Part shown: positions 47,375 through 60,654 of the stretch, piece after piece | How positions within the stretch are numbered: the first letter of the stretch is position 1 | Layout: every line of letters starts with the position of its first letter | Source of the DNA: Mycobacteriales bacterium | GTDB lineage: Bacteria; Actinomycetota; Actinomycetes; Mycobacteriales; SCTD01 | NCBI GenBank assembly: GCA_038230355.1 | Contig: JBBRNK010000022.1 | Coordinates: forward strand, 474 to 64,473 | Direction of reading: 5' to 3' | Length of the DNA: 64,000 bases | Notes under the pieces: generated by a model | What the model was told of the DNA's origin: nothing | Seen by the model: the letters and a program-made list of their open reading frames with translations, nothing else | The model's database searches: none | Position numbers and translations under genes: made by a program

Positions 47375-48432
47375 GACGCCACCTCCGGAACGGAGGCGGG
47401 AACAGGCACAGGAGCGGGGGCAGCCCCGCGTACGGCGATCTCGCGGGCCGCGTCGACGTACGCCATCGCGCCCCGTGAGCCGGGGTCGTAGGTCACGACC
47501 GACTGGCCGTAGCCCGGGGCCTCCGACACCCGCACGGAGCGCGGGATCATCGTGGCCAGGACGACGTCGCCGAAGTGCTCGCGCACCTCGTCGGCGACCT
47601 GGTCGGCCAAGCGGGTGCGGGAGTCGTACATCGTCAGGACGATCGTCGACACCGCGAGCTTCGGGTTGAGGTGCGCCTTCACCATGTCGATCGTCCGGAG
47701 CAGCTGGCCGAGGCCCTCGAGCGCGTAGTACTCGCACTGGATCGGGATCAGCACCTCGGTCGTGGCGACCATCGCGTTGACGGTCAGCAGCCCGAGCGAG
47801 GGCGGGCAGTCGACCAGGACGTAGTCGACGTCCGCGCCCGGCCCGGCGCAGTAGGCGTCGATCGCCCGCTGCAGGCGCGACTCGCGGGCCACCAGCGACA
47901 CCAGCTCGATCTCGGCGCCGGCCAGGTCGATCGTGGCCGGGACCACCCGAAGCCGCGGCACCCCGTCGGCCGGCTGTACGACGTCCGCGAGCGGGACCGA
48001 GTCGACGAGCACCTGGTAGACGTCCGCGACGCCCGCGTGGTGCGGCACACCCAGCGCGGTCGAGGCGTTGCCCTGCGGATCGAGGTCGACGACCAGCACC
48101 GTCGCGCCATGCATCGCGAGTGCCACCGCCAGGTTGACGGTCGAGGTCGTCTTGCCGACCCCGCCCTTCTGGTTCGCCACCGTGATGACCCGCCGCGCCT
48201 GCGGCTTGGGAAACACCTCAGACCCAGACCGCACGCGTACGGCGGCAGCGGCCTGTTCCCCGATCGGGGTGCTCGCGTCACTCTCGCGCAGCGACTCCCG
48301 CAACCGGTCGGCCGGATCCGCGGCCGGCTGCGGCGCGGACGTGGGCGCGGGCGCGGACGCGGACGTGGGCGCGGACGTGGGCTCGGGCGTGAAGCCGCGG
48401 GTGGGGACCGTGGGCGGGATCGGTGCGGTCAT
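47371..48432 (-). CDS. parA: chromosome partitioning ATPase ParA
   Basis: [17 protein letters not shown] and DCPPSLG motifs. Confidence 0.97.
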   Translation of the reverse strand: MTAPIPPTVPTRGFTPEPTSAPTSASAPAPTSAPQPAADPADRLRESLRESDASTPIGEQAAAAVRVRSGSEVFPKPQARRVITVANQKGGVGKTTSTVNLAVALAMHGATVLVVDLDPQGNASTALGVPHHAGVADVYQVLVDSVPLADVVQPADGVPRLRVVPATIDLAGAEIELVSLVARESRLQRAIDAYCAGPGADVDYVLVDCPPSLGLLTVNAMVATTEVLIPIQCEYYALEGLGQLLRTIDMVKAHLNPKLAVSTIVLTMYDSRTRLADQVADEVREHFGDVVLATMIPRSVRVSEAPGYGQSVVTYDPGSRGAMAYVDAAREIAVRGAAPAPVPVPASVPEVAS

Positions 48433-49151
48433 CGGCGGTTCTTCCGCTTGCTCGGGCCGCTGATCCCCCCAGGGCGTGGCGACGGGCGAGCGCCGGAGCG
48501 AGCCGTGGCGGCCATCGCCGTACCTCGCTCGACGACGACGATCCGGGCGTGCGTACCGAGCTCGACCGAGCCGACCTCGACCACCGACGACGCGGCGGCA
48601 CCGAGCCGGTGCAGGACGGGACCGGCGGCGGCGAGCTCGACGGCGGCCTGCTCGCCCTTCAACGCGAGCAGCCGGCCCCCGCTGCCGAGCAGCGGCAGCG
48701 ACCAGCCGGCGAGCCGGTCCACCGGGGCAACCGCGCGGGCGGTCACCACGTCGACCTCAAGCTTGCCCGCGAGCTCCTCGGCCCGGGCCCGGCGTACCAG
48801 GGTGTTGCGCAGACCGAGGGACTCGACCGCCTCGGACAGGAACGTCGCGCGGCGCTGGAGGGGCTCGACCAGCACGACCTGCACCTCCGGGCGCTGGATC
48901 GCGAGGACCAGACCGGGCAGGCCCGCACCGGAGCCGAGGTCGAGCACGACCTGACCGTCCTCCACGAGGCAGGACAGGCTGGCGCAGTTGAGCAGGTGCC
49001 GCTCCCACAGGCGCGGCGTCTCGCGCGGACCGAGCAGGCCGCGCTCGAGCGCGGGTCCGGCGAGCAGCGCGGCGTACGCCTCGAGCTGCGGCAGCGCCGC
49101 CCCGAAGACCTCCGCGGCTGCGGCTGGGATCTCGAGCGCAGGCGCCGTCAC
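48429..49151 (-). CDS. rsmG: 16S rRNA m7G527 methyltransferase
   Basis: DLGSGAGLPG and TARAVA motifs. Confidence 0.95.
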   Translation of the reverse strand: MTAPALEIPAAAAEVFGAALPQLEAYAALLAGPALERGLLGPRETPRLWERHLLNCASLSCLVEDGQVVLDLGSGAGLPGLVLAIQRPEVQVVLVEPLQRRATFLSEAVESLGLRNTLVRRARAEELAGKLEVDVVTARAVAPVDRLAGWSLPLLGSGGRLLALKGEQAAVELAAAGPVLHRLGAAASSVVEVGSVELGTHARIVVVERGTAMAATARSGARPSPRPGGISGPSKRKNRR

Positions 49152-49195
49152 GCCCGCGCGGCCGGCGTCAGGGGTACCACAGCAGCCGCGGGCAC

Positions 49196-49741
49196 TCAGC
49201 TGCTCCGCAGCACGACGACGCGGCGCTCGGGCTCGACGCCCTCGGACTCGCTCTCGACGCCGTCCATCACCGCGATCGCGTCGTGCACGATCTTGCGCTC
49301 GAACGGGGTCATGGGCGCCAGCTTGACCGGGGCGTCGCCGGACAGGGCGCGCTCGCCCGCGCGGGTACCGATCTCGGTCAGCTCGACCTTGCGCTGCGCG
49401 CGGTAACCGCCGATGTCGAGCATCAACCGGCTGCGCACACCGGTCTGCTGCACCACCGCGAGCCGGGTCAGCTCCTGCAGGGCCTCAAGGGTCTGCCCGT
49501 GCGGGCCCACCAGCGCGTCGAGGCCGTCCCCGACGATCGCCACGACGGCACGCGCGCTGGAGCCGCTGCCCTCGACGTCCATGTCGAGGTCGCCGTCGAC
49601 GTCGGCGATGTCGAGCAATCGCTCGAGGTAGTCGCCGGCGATGTCACCTTCCTGCACCAGCAGCTCCTGGCCGGACAGAACGGGCTCGTCGGTCACGTCC
49701 TCTGCAGGGCTCACAGCGGTCACGTCGTTGTCTGTCATCAT
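49196..49741 (-). CDS. jag: Jag/KhpB RNA-binding protein (KH plus R3H)
   Basis: EGDIAGDYLE, LVGPHG and ERKIVHD motifs. Confidence 0.92.
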   Translation of the reverse strand: MMTDNDVTAVSPAEDVTDEPVLSGQELLVQEGDIAGDYLERLLDIADVDGDLDMDVEGSGSSARAVVAIVGDGLDALVGPHGQTLEALQELTRLAVVQQTGVRSRLMLDIGGYRAQRKVELTEIGTRAGERALSGDAPVKLAPMTPFERKIVHDAIAVMDGVESESEGVEPERRVVVLRSS

Positions 49742-49784
49742 GATCTTCCAGTCCTGGTACGTCGGGTTGGTGAGCCGGGCGCTG

Positions 49785-50888
49785 CTAGCGCCGGCCACCC
49801 TTGCGGGACTTGTTCTTGCGCGAGCCTGCGGCGCTGCCCCGGTTTGCCTGTCGGTTCTGCTGGCCACCGGCCCGGGCCGGCTGTCCGCCCGCGGCGGCGG
49901 CGACCGGCTTGGTCAGGGAGATGCTGGAGCCGCTACTGCCCTTAGGTCCCTTCGGGTCCTTGCTGTCCGTGCCGTCAGGGCTGTCTGGGGTGCCCTGGTC
50001 GTTGGGGCCGGGGCCCCTGGCGCCCCTCCCGAACCGGGACTCCTTGACGGGCTTCGCGGCGGTGCCGGGCTTTACAGCAGCGGCGCCCGGGACCACCGGT
50101 GGCATCCGGGCGATGACGTACCGCTGCTGGCCCATGGACCACACGTTGGTCGTGAGCCAGTACAGCAGGACGCCGATCGGGAAACTGAAGCCGAAGATGG
50201 CAAAGGAGAACGGCAGGACGTACAGCATGATCTTCTGGACCTGCGCCTGCTGCGGGTCGGTGGCCGCCCCGTTGCGGGCCATCATCTGCTTCTGCGTGAG
50301 GAACGTCGTCGCGCCCATCGTGACGATCATCAGGGTCGCGACGACCTTGACGGTGGTCGCGTGGCCGTTGAGCGCGGACAGCGTCTGGGCGCTGCTGTTG
50401 AAGGCCGTCGAGATGGGGGCGCCGAAGACCTTGGCGTGCGCGCCCTGCTCGATCAGGCTGCTGGACAGGCCGTACTTGCCGGTGAAGAACGGCTTGCCGT
50501 CGGTGAAGTGCGGCTTGAACTCGTTCATCACCCGGAACAGCGCGAAAAAGATCGGTAGCTGCAGAACCAGCGGCAGGCAGCCCGAGATCGGGTTGGTGCC
50601 GTGGTCCTTGTACAGCTTCATCAGCTCGGTGTTGAGGGTCTCGCGGTCGCCTTTGTGCTTGGCCTGCAGCTCTTTGATCTTCGGGCTCAGCTCCTGCATG
50701 CGACGCTGGCTTTTGATCTGCTTGACGAACAGCGGGAACAGCAGCACCCGGACAGTGATCGTCAGCAGCACGATCGACAGGCCCCAGGCCCAGCCGCTGC
50801 CCGCGGGCAGGCCGATGTCGGTCAGCCCGGTGTGGATGCCCTCGAGCACGATGGCAACGGGTTGTGCGAGGACGTCGAACACGCTCAC
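49785..50888 (-). CDS. yidC: membrane protein insertase YidC
   Basis: [12 protein letters not shown] and LYWLTTN motifs. Confidence 0.96.
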   Translation of the reverse strand: MSVFDVLAQPVAIVLEGIHTGLTDIGLPAGSGWAWGLSIVLLTITVRVLLFPLFVKQIKSQRRMQELSPKIKELQAKHKGDRETLNTELMKLYKDHGTNPISGCLPLVLQLPIFFALFRVMNEFKPHFTDGKPFFTGKYGLSSSLIEQGAHAKVFGAPISTAFNSSAQTLSALNGHATTVKVVATLMIVTMGATTFLTQKQMMARNGAATDPQQAQVQKIMLYVLPFSFAIFGFSFPIGVLLYWLTTNVWSMGQQRYVIARMPPVVPGAAAVKPGTAAKPVKESRFGRGARGPGPNDQGTPDSPDGTDSKDPKGPKGSSGSSISLTKPVAAAAGGQPARAGGQQNRQANRGSAAGSRKNKSRKGGRR

Positions 50889-51241
50889 GGGTGGGCTCCT
50901 GCGCGGCTGCGCGGCTCGGTCTTGCTGGTGCTGGTCAGGTCAGGGGACGCTGCGCTCGTGTCCATTGTTGCCGATGTTCGCCGGGGCGCTGTCGGAACGG
51001 GGTCGTGACCCCCGGGGTTCCAGGGGTGGCAGCGCACCAACCGGCGGGTCGCCAGCCACAAGCCGCGGACCGCGCCGTGCCGCTGGAGCGCCTCGACGGC
51101 GTACGCGCTGCAACTCGGCGCGAACCGGCAGTGCTGCCCCAGAGCGGGAGAAACCCAGCGCCGGTACAGCCGCAACGGCACCAGCATCAGCCACACCACC
51201 GGGCCCTGTACGACGGACCTCTGTACGCCGGGGTGGTTCAT
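50885..51241 (-). CDS. yidD: membrane protein insertion efficiency factor
   Basis: [10 protein letters not shown] and RCHPW motifs. Confidence 0.95.
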   Translation of the reverse strand: MNHPGVQRSVVQGPVVWLMLVPLRLYRRWVSPALGQHCRFAPSCSAYAVEALQRHGAVRGLWLATRRLVRCHPWNPGGHDPVPTAPRRTSATMDTSAASPDLTSTSKTEPRSRAGAHP

Positions 51242-51609
51242 CGGGCGAGCCCACTGTCGTGCGGCCGGCCGGTGAGGCGTTCGAGGGCGCGGTCGAGATC
51301 GGCACCGAGCGCCGCGCTGGGGGCTGTCGCGGCGGCCGGCGCCGCGCGAACCACGAGCAGCGTGCCGTCGGCGAGGCCAGGCAAGCGGTCTCGCAGCAGG
51401 TGCCTGAGCTTGCGGGCCACCGCATGCCGGACCACGGAGCCACCCACCGCTTTGCTGATCACGAGCCCTGCCTGGGGCGGCAGGCTGACATCGGGGTCAG
51501 GGCGTAGCAACAGGTGCACGGTCAGCGTCGGCCGGGCAGCGCGGCCTCCCCGGCGTACCACCTCGGTGAAGGCCACCGAGGACCGCAACCGATGGGCGGC
51601 GGACAGCAC
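51238..51609 (-). CDS. rnpA: ribonuclease P protein component
   Basis: [22 protein letters not shown] motif. Confidence 0.93.
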   Translation of the reverse strand: MLSAAHRLRSSVAFTEVVRRGGRAARPTLTVHLLLRPDPDVSLPPQAGLVISKAVGGSVVRHAVARKLRHLLRDRLPGLADGTLLVVRAAPAAATAPSAALGADLDRALERLTGRPHDSGLAR

Positions 51610-51641
51610 CGGCGCCGCCGACGAGCTTCGCGCCCCGCCGG

Positions 51642-51779
51642 TCAGGCGGAAAGCTCGGAGCGGCCCTTGCGCCGCCGGGCCGACAGGATCGAGCGTCCAG
51701 CGCGGGTCTGCATGCGCAGCCGGAAGCCGTGCGTCTTGGCGCGACGGCGGTTGTTCGGCTGGAAGGTGCGCTTGCTCAC
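51642..51779 (-). CDS. rpmH: 50S ribosomal protein L34
   Basis: [19 protein letters not shown] motif. Confidence 0.98.
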   Translation of the reverse strand: MSKRTFQPNNRRRAKTHGFRLRMQTRAGRSILSARRRKGRSELSA

Positions 51780-51987
51780 GAGGGGTGCTCCTGGCCTATC
51801 GGGAAGGTCGACCGCGTCACGTCCGGAGGGAGTCCACAGGACGAACGGCGCTACGCCCAAAGGGGCGGGGACCTGGTCACGGTACGGATGGCGTGCGCGC
51901 GGGTCAAACGGACCTCCGCTCACGACGGCTCGGCGCAATCGTGTCAAGCATCCTGGCATCGACACGCCGGTGGACACTTCTGTAACC

Positions 51988-52222
51988 TGTGGACAACTGC
52001 TTGCTCGTCCTCCATGGGTGCTGTTAGCGTCCCGTCGCCGGTTCTTCCCCACCAGCACCTGGCCCCCGCCAGCTGACCTACCCGTCGGTGTGGCCGGTCG
52101 CCCGCCCGACCTGATCCACCCCGCTTTGCCGTGCCCATCTCGCGCCCGTCCGGACGCCTCCGACCCTGGTCGACGCGCCTCGTGTCACACGCTCCACAAG
52201 GTGTGGACAACTTTGTGGACAA
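51988..52222. promoter_or_regulatory. DnaA boxes in the dnaA promoter region
   Basis: perfect TGTGGACAA at 51988, 52202 and 52214. Confidence 0.85.
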
Positions 52223-52271
52223 AGGACTACTTCCTGCTCGACCCCGCTCCACCGACCGATCGAAGGACTGC

Positions 52272-53843
52272 GTGACCGACTTCCAGCCCACCGTCCTGAC
52301 AGCCACCGGCCCCGACGGGACGGGCGGGGAGGCGGGACCGGCCGGCGCGCCCCCCAGCCTGGAGCTCGATGCGGTCTGGCACCGGGTCGTGGCCGGGTTG
52401 TCTGACGGGGCGCTGTCGCCTCAGCACCGGGCGTTTGTGAACCTGACCCGCCCGCTTGGTCTGGTCGAGGACACGGTCCTGCTCGCCGTCCCCTACGACC
52501 TGGTCAAGGACGTCATGGAGAACCGGCTCCGGCCGGTGCTGACCAGCGCCCTGTCCGCGGCGTACGGCCGGGAGATGCGGATCGCGGTCAGCGTGCACCC
52601 GGTCGAGCCGGCGGAGGCGTCCTACCGGGAGGAGCCCGGCTACCAGGAGGTCCGGTACGAGCCCAAGCCGTACCAGAGGGACGCCTTCGACAGTGCGCAC
52701 GACGTACGGGCGCTGCCTGGTACCGGTCGGGACCGCTCGCCGGGGCCGGACAACCTGGTGGACCTGCACGACTTCAACGCCCGCACCCACCGCAACCGCG
52801 ACGTGGAGCCGGCCCGGCTCAACCCGCGGTACACCTTCGAGACGTTCGTCATCGGCTCGTCCAACCGCTTCGCCCATGCCGCGGCGGTCGCCGTCGCCGA
52901 GGCGCCCGCCAAGGCGTACAACCCGCTGTTCGTCTACGGCGAGAGCGGGCTGGGAAAGACCCACCTGCTGCACGCCATCGGGCATTATGCCCAGCACCTG
53001 TTCACCGGCGCGCGGGTGCGGTACGTGAGCTCGGAGGAGTTCACAAACGACTTCATCAACAGCCTGCGCGACGACAAGCAGCACGCCTTCCAGCGGCGCT
53101 ATCGGGACGTCGACGTCCTACTCGTCGACGACATCCAGTTCCTTGAGAACAAGGAGCGGACGCAGGAGGAGTTCTTCCACACGTTCAACACGCTCCACAA
53201 CGCCAACAAGCAAATCGTGATCACCTCCGACCGGCCGCCGCAGCAGCTGTCGACGCTGGAGGACCGGCTTCGCACCCGCTTCCAGTGGGGCCTGATCACC
53301 GACGTGCAGCCACCCGACATCGAGACCCGGATCGCGATCTTGCGCAAGAAGGCTGCCAGCGATCGGCTCACCGCCCCGCCGGACGTGCTGGAGTTCATTG
53401 CGAGCAAGATCGCGACCAACATTCGGGAGCTCGAGGGCGCCTTGATCCGGGTGACGGCGTTCGCCTCGCTCAACCGGCAGCCGGTCGACCTCTCGCTGGC
53501 CGAGATCGTGCTGAAGGACCTGATCCCGGCCGAGGGCGGTCCGGAGATCACTGGCGCGACCATCATGGCCGCGACCGCGGAGTACTTCGGGCTGACGATG
53601 GAGGACCTGTGCGGGTCCTCCCGCAGCCGCGTTCTGGTCACCGGCCGGCAGATCGCGATGTACCTGTGCCGAGAGCTCACCGAACTGTCGCTGCCCAAGA
53701 TCGGGCAGATGTTCGGCGGTCGCGACCACACCACCGTGATCCACGCCGACCGCAAGATCCGCGGTCAGATGGCGGAGCGGCGCGCGACGTACAACCAGGT
53801 GGCGGAGCTCACGCAACGGATCAAGACCCGGTCCCGCCAGTGA
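52272..53843 (+). CDS. dnaA: chromosomal replication initiator
   Basis: [13 protein letters not shown] and GGRDHTTV motifs; GTG after GAAGGA. Confidence 0.98.
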   Translation: MTDFQPTVLTATGPDGTGGEAGPAGAPPSLELDAVWHRVVAGLSDGALSPQHRAFVNLTRPLGLVEDTVLLAVPYDLVKDVMENRLRPVLTSALSAAYGREMRIAVSVHPVEPAEASYREEPGYQEVRYEPKPYQRDAFDSAHDVRALPGTGRDRSPGPDNLVDLHDFNARTHRNRDVEPARLNPRYTFETFVIGSSNRFAHAAAVAVAEAPAKAYNPLFVYGESGLGKTHLLHAIGHYAQHLFTGARVRYVSSEEFTNDFINSLRDDKQHAFQRRYRDVDVLLVDDIQFLENKERTQEEFFHTFNTLHNANKQIVITSDRPPQQLSTLEDRLRTRFQWGLITDVQPPDIETRIAILRKKAASDRLTAPPDVLEFIASKIATNIRELEGALIRVTAFASLNRQPVDLSLAEIVLKDLIPAEGGPEITGATIMAATAEYFGLTMEDLCGSSRSRVLVTGRQIAMYLCRELTELSLPKIGQMFGGRDHTTVIHADRKIRGQMAERRATYNQVAELTQRIKTRSRQ

Positions 53844-54296
53844 GACTGCGCGTGACGGCGGTCACGCCCACAGCGGGTCTGCACAGGCTGGGGACAACGG
53901 TGTGGACGGACCTGATGGGTCGTGGACAGGGAGTGAACGCAGGTCGACTGTCCACTGCCGTCCACCGGTCGTGGGGGTGGACGTCCACAGGGGACCCACA
54001 ACGCACCACCCCCGCTGACCTGCGAGGACGGCGTCTGTCCACAGCTCTGCACACCCCTACGACCACGACGGGTTCTTTCTCCTCCAAAAACCCTCTTGGG
54101 GTTCTGACGGCCACTGACCTGTGGAACCAGCCCAGAACGACCGGGACGACAACCGCAGCGGCCAGGAGGTGCCGACAGTGGGCGGCACTGTCGGCTCGAT
54201 GCGGCACACTGACCGGCCCACCTGCATGAGCAGCTTCGAGAGGCCACGACCACACATGGCACTGACATCACGGACGACCTGGACGGGACCGCTCGC
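53844..54296. other. oriC with DnaA boxes, DnaA-trios and an AT-richer unwinding element
   Basis: many (C/T)(C/T)GTCCACA-like boxes; tandem boxes at 54035 and 54045, then CCCC, TAC-GAC-CAC-GAC trios and TTCTTTCT...AAAAA. Confidence 0.9.
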
Positions 54297-55433
54297 ATGG
54301 AGCTAAGAGTCGAGCGCGACGCCCTCGCGGACGCCGTCGTCTGGACCGCCCGGTCCCTGCCTACCCGGCCACCGATGCAGGTGCTGCTCGGGCTGCTGCT
54401 CGAGACCAGCGACAACCAGCTGACGGTGAGCGGTTTCGACTACGAGGTGTCCTCGCAGATCACCGTCGACGCCGCCACCGCCGACGACGGCCGCATCCTG
54501 GTGCCCGGCAGGCTGCTGTCCGACATCGTCCGGTCGCTCCCGACCCAACCTGTCGACCTGCGACTGGAGGGCACCCGCGTCGTGCTGACGTGTGGCGCGG
54601 CGCGCTTCACGCTCCCAACGCTCCCGGTCGAGGACTACCCCGCGCTGCCGGCGATGCCGACCACAGCTGGGTCACTCGAGAGCGATGTCTTCGGTGCCGC
54701 GGTGGCCCAGGTCGCCCTCGCCGCCGGCCGCGACGACACGCTGCCCGTGCTGACCGGTGTGCGGATCGAGATCGAGGGCGAGCAGATCACGATGGCCGCG
54801 ACCGACCGCTACCGGCTCGCTGTCCGCACGCTGCCGTGGAAGCCCGAGCACTCGGGACTGTCAGCAACCGCCCTGGTTCCGGCCCGCACCCTCGCCGACA
54901 CAGCCAAGGCCCTCACCAACGGCCCCGAGGTGCTGCTGGCACTGTCTACCGGCGGCGCCGGCGAGGGCATGATCGGTTTCGAGGGTGGTGGCCGCCGGAC
55001 CACCTCGCGGCTGCTCGAGGGCGAGTTCCCCAAGTACCGCTCCCTGCTGCCGAGCGAGAGCTCCGCCGTCGCCGAGGTCTCGACGGCGCCTCTGGTCGAG
55101 GCCGTCAAGCGCGTTGCCCTCGTCGCGTCGCGCAACGCTCCGGTCAGGCTGAGCTTCTCCGCCGACGGCGTGGTCCTCGAGGCAGGCGGTCAGGATGACG
55201 CGCAGGCCTCCGAGCGCATCGAGTGCGGCTGGGAGGGCGAGGCCATGTCGATCGCCTTCAACCCGCAGTACTTGCTCGACGGCCTCGGCGCGGTCGACAG
55301 CGACGTCACGACCATGTCGTTCACGGGTCCGACCCGACCAGCTGTCCTGACCGGTAAGCGGCACAGCCCCGACGAGCCGACCCACACCGCGGACTACCGC
55401 TACCTGCTCATGCCGGTCCGCCTGTCCGGATGA
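54297..55433 (+). CDS. dnaN: DNA polymerase III beta clamp
   Basis: ATDRYRL, IAFNP and LLMPVR motifs. Confidence 0.98.
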   Translation: MELRVERDALADAVVWTARSLPTRPPMQVLLGLLLETSDNQLTVSGFDYEVSSQITVDAATADDGRILVPGRLLSDIVRSLPTQPVDLRLEGTRVVLTCGAARFTLPTLPVEDYPALPAMPTTAGSLESDVFGAAVAQVALAAGRDDTLPVLTGVRIEIEGEQITMAATDRYRLAVRTLPWKPEHSGLSATALVPARTLADTAKALTNGPEVLLALSTGGAGEGMIGFEGGGRRTTSRLLEGEFPKYRSLLPSESSAVAEVSTAPLVEAVKRVALVASRNAPVRLSFSADGVVLEAGGQDDAQASERIECGWEGEAMSIAFNPQYLLDGLGAVDSDVTTMSFTGPTRPAVLTGKRHSPDEPTHTADYRYLLMPVRLSG

Positions 55434-55554
55434 CCGGGTGAACGGGTGAGCGCCACCTGGCCCACGTCACGGGTGGCCTGGTGACCCGCGTCGAGGAGCA
55501 GTTCGTACCGTAGGGGCCAGACATCCGGGAACAGGACCGACAGGAGCACATGCC

Positions 55555-56487
55555 GTGGGCACGCTGGGGATGATCGGGCTGGGCCGCATGGGCGGCAACA
55601 TGGCCGAGCGCTTGCGACGCGGAGGGCACACCGTCGTCGGTTACGACCGGGCGCCAGGGACGCGGGACGTCGACTCGCTGGAGGCCCTCGTGGCTGCGCT
55701 GCCGTCGCCGAAGCTGGTCTGGGTGATGGTGCCGGCCGGCGAGCCGACGTACCAGACCGTCGAGGCGCTACGTGGGTTGCTGAACGCGGGCGACGTCATC
55801 GTCGACGGTGGCAACTCGCGCTACACCGATGACCAGAAGCACGCAGAAGCCCTGGTAGGCAAGGGAATCGGCTTCGTCGACGCGGGTGTCAGCGGCGGGA
55901 TCTGGGGCCTGACCGAGGGCTACGCCCTGATGGTCGGCGGTGAGAAGGACGACGTCGCGAAGGTCCAGCCCTTCTTCGACACCCTCAAGCCCGAGGGCGA
56001 CAGCGGCTTCGTGCATGCCGGCGCCGTGGGCGCGGGGCACTTCGCCAAGATGGTCCACAACGGCATCGAGTACGGCCTGATGCAGGCCTACGCCGAGGGC
56101 TGGGAGCTGATGGAGGCGACGCCGCTCGTCACCGACGTGCCCGCGGTCGTCGCGAGCTGGCAGAAGGGGACCGTCATCCGGTCCTGGCTGCTGGACCTGA
56201 TGGTCCGTGCCCTGGACGAGGACCCGCACCTGGAGCAGCTGCGGGGCTACGCGGAGGACTCCGGGGAGGGTCGGTGGACCGTCCAGGCCGGTGTCGACCA
56301 TGCCGTACCGACCCCGGTGATCACCGCAGCGCTCTACGCACGGTTCGCGAGCCGGCAGGACGACAGCCCGGCGATGAAGGTCGTGGCGGCGCTGCGCAAC
56401 CAGTTCGGGGGCCATGCTGTGACCAAGGAGTCGAGCCACAAAGGCGCTGACGCACCGGGTGCCGACGTCGCGGCGCCGCCGGTCTAG
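55555..56487 (+). CDS. gnd: 6-phosphogluconate dehydrogenase (decarboxylating, short type)
   Basis: GLGRMG, DGGNS and [10 protein letters not shown] motifs. Confidence 0.95.
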   Translation: MGTLGMIGLGRMGGNMAERLRRGGHTVVGYDRAPGTRDVDSLEALVAALPSPKLVWVMVPAGEPTYQTVEALRGLLNAGDVIVDGGNSRYTDDQKHAEALVGKGIGFVDAGVSGGIWGLTEGYALMVGGEKDDVAKVQPFFDTLKPEGDSGFVHAGAVGAGHFAKMVHNGIEYGLMQAYAEGWELMEATPLVTDVPAVVASWQKGTVIRSWLLDLMVRALDEDPHLEQLRGYAEDSGEGRWTVQAGVDHAVPTPVITAALYARFASRQDDSPAMKVVAALRNQFGGHAVTKESSHKGADAPGADVAAPPV

Positions 56488-56501
56488 GCAGCTTTGTCCG
56501 C

Positions 56502-57669
56502 ATGTACGTCTCCGCTCTGTCGTTGACCGACTTCCGGTCCTGGACGCAGCTCGACCTCGAGCTGGCGCCTGGCCCGACCGCGCTCGTCGGAAGCAACGGG
56601 CAGGGCAAGACCAACATCGCCGAGGCTCTGATGTACGTCGCGACCCTGAGTTCCCACCGCGTCAGCGCGGACGCCCCGATGGTCCGCCAGGGAGCGGAGC
56701 GGGCGATCGTCCGGGCCCGGGTGGAGCGCGACAGCCGGACGACGCTGGTCGAGATCGAGCTGAACCCGGGACGCGCCAACCGGGCCCGCGTCAACCGTGG
56801 CGCGGTCCCGCGAGCCCGAGAAGTGCTGGGGTTGTTGAGGACTGTGCTGTTCGCACCCGAGGACCTCAATCTGGTCCGCGGTGACCCGAGCGCCCGGCGC
56901 AGTTTCCTCGACGACCTGCTGGTGCTGAGGACGCCCCGCCTCGCAGGGGTGCGGGCCGACTACGAGCGGATCCTGAAACAGCGCAACGCACTGCTCAAGA
57001 CGGCTTTCCTGGCTCGCCGTAACGCAGGAGGTACGGCCGCGTCCAACGCCGCGAGGACCTTGGACATCTGGGACGCCCACCTTGCCTCGACCGGTGCGGA
57101 GCTGCTGTCGGCGCGGCTCGGCCTCGTCGATGACCTGCTGCCGCTCGCGGACGTGGCCTATCGGGAGGTCTCGAAGGGCCAGGGCGAGCTGTCCCTTGCC
57201 TACAAGAGCTCGCTCGGAGAAGGGATGCCCGTCTCGACGCCCCTGTCCCGCGTTGCGGGGGGAGACCGGGAGGTGCTGTCCGCAGCGTTGCTGTCGGAGC
57301 TGGCCCGGGTCCGGCAGAACGAGGTCGACCGAGGGGTGTCGCTCGTCGGCCCGCACCGTGACGAGCTGGTGCTCACGCTCGGGTCGCTGCCGGTGAGGGG
57401 CTACGCCTCGCACGGGGAGTCCTGGAGCGTGGCGCTCGCCCTGCGGCTCGCGTCCTACGAGCTGCTCAAGGCCGACGGTGCGGGGGGTGACGGTGAGCCG
57501 GTGCTAGTCCTCGACGACGTCTTCGCCGAGCTCGACACCGGCCGTCGGGAGCGGCTCGCGTCGCTCGTGCAGGGAGCAGGACAGGTCCTGGTCACGGCGG
57601 CCGTGCCCGGTGACGTCCCCGAGCAGTTGCTCGGCGGCCGGTACGACGTGCACGACGGGACCGTCACCC

Positions 57670-57680
<11 letters not shown>
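56502..57680 (+). CDS. recF: DNA replication/repair protein RecF
   Basis: [14 protein letters not shown] and LDDVFAELD motifs. Confidence 0.97.
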
Positions 57681-60560
<2,880 letters not shown>

Positions 60561-60562
60561 CC

Positions 60563-60608
60563 CGTTCCACGTGGAACGAACGACACCGGTGTCGTTCCAC
60601 GTGGAACG
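60563..60608. promoter_or_regulatory. two parS sites
   Basis: CGTTCCACGTGGAACG at 60563-60578 and 60593-60608. Confidence 0.85.
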
Positions 60609-60654
60609 CCTCAAGATCGCCACCGCACCGCCAGCCTGATCGAGAGGACCCTTC

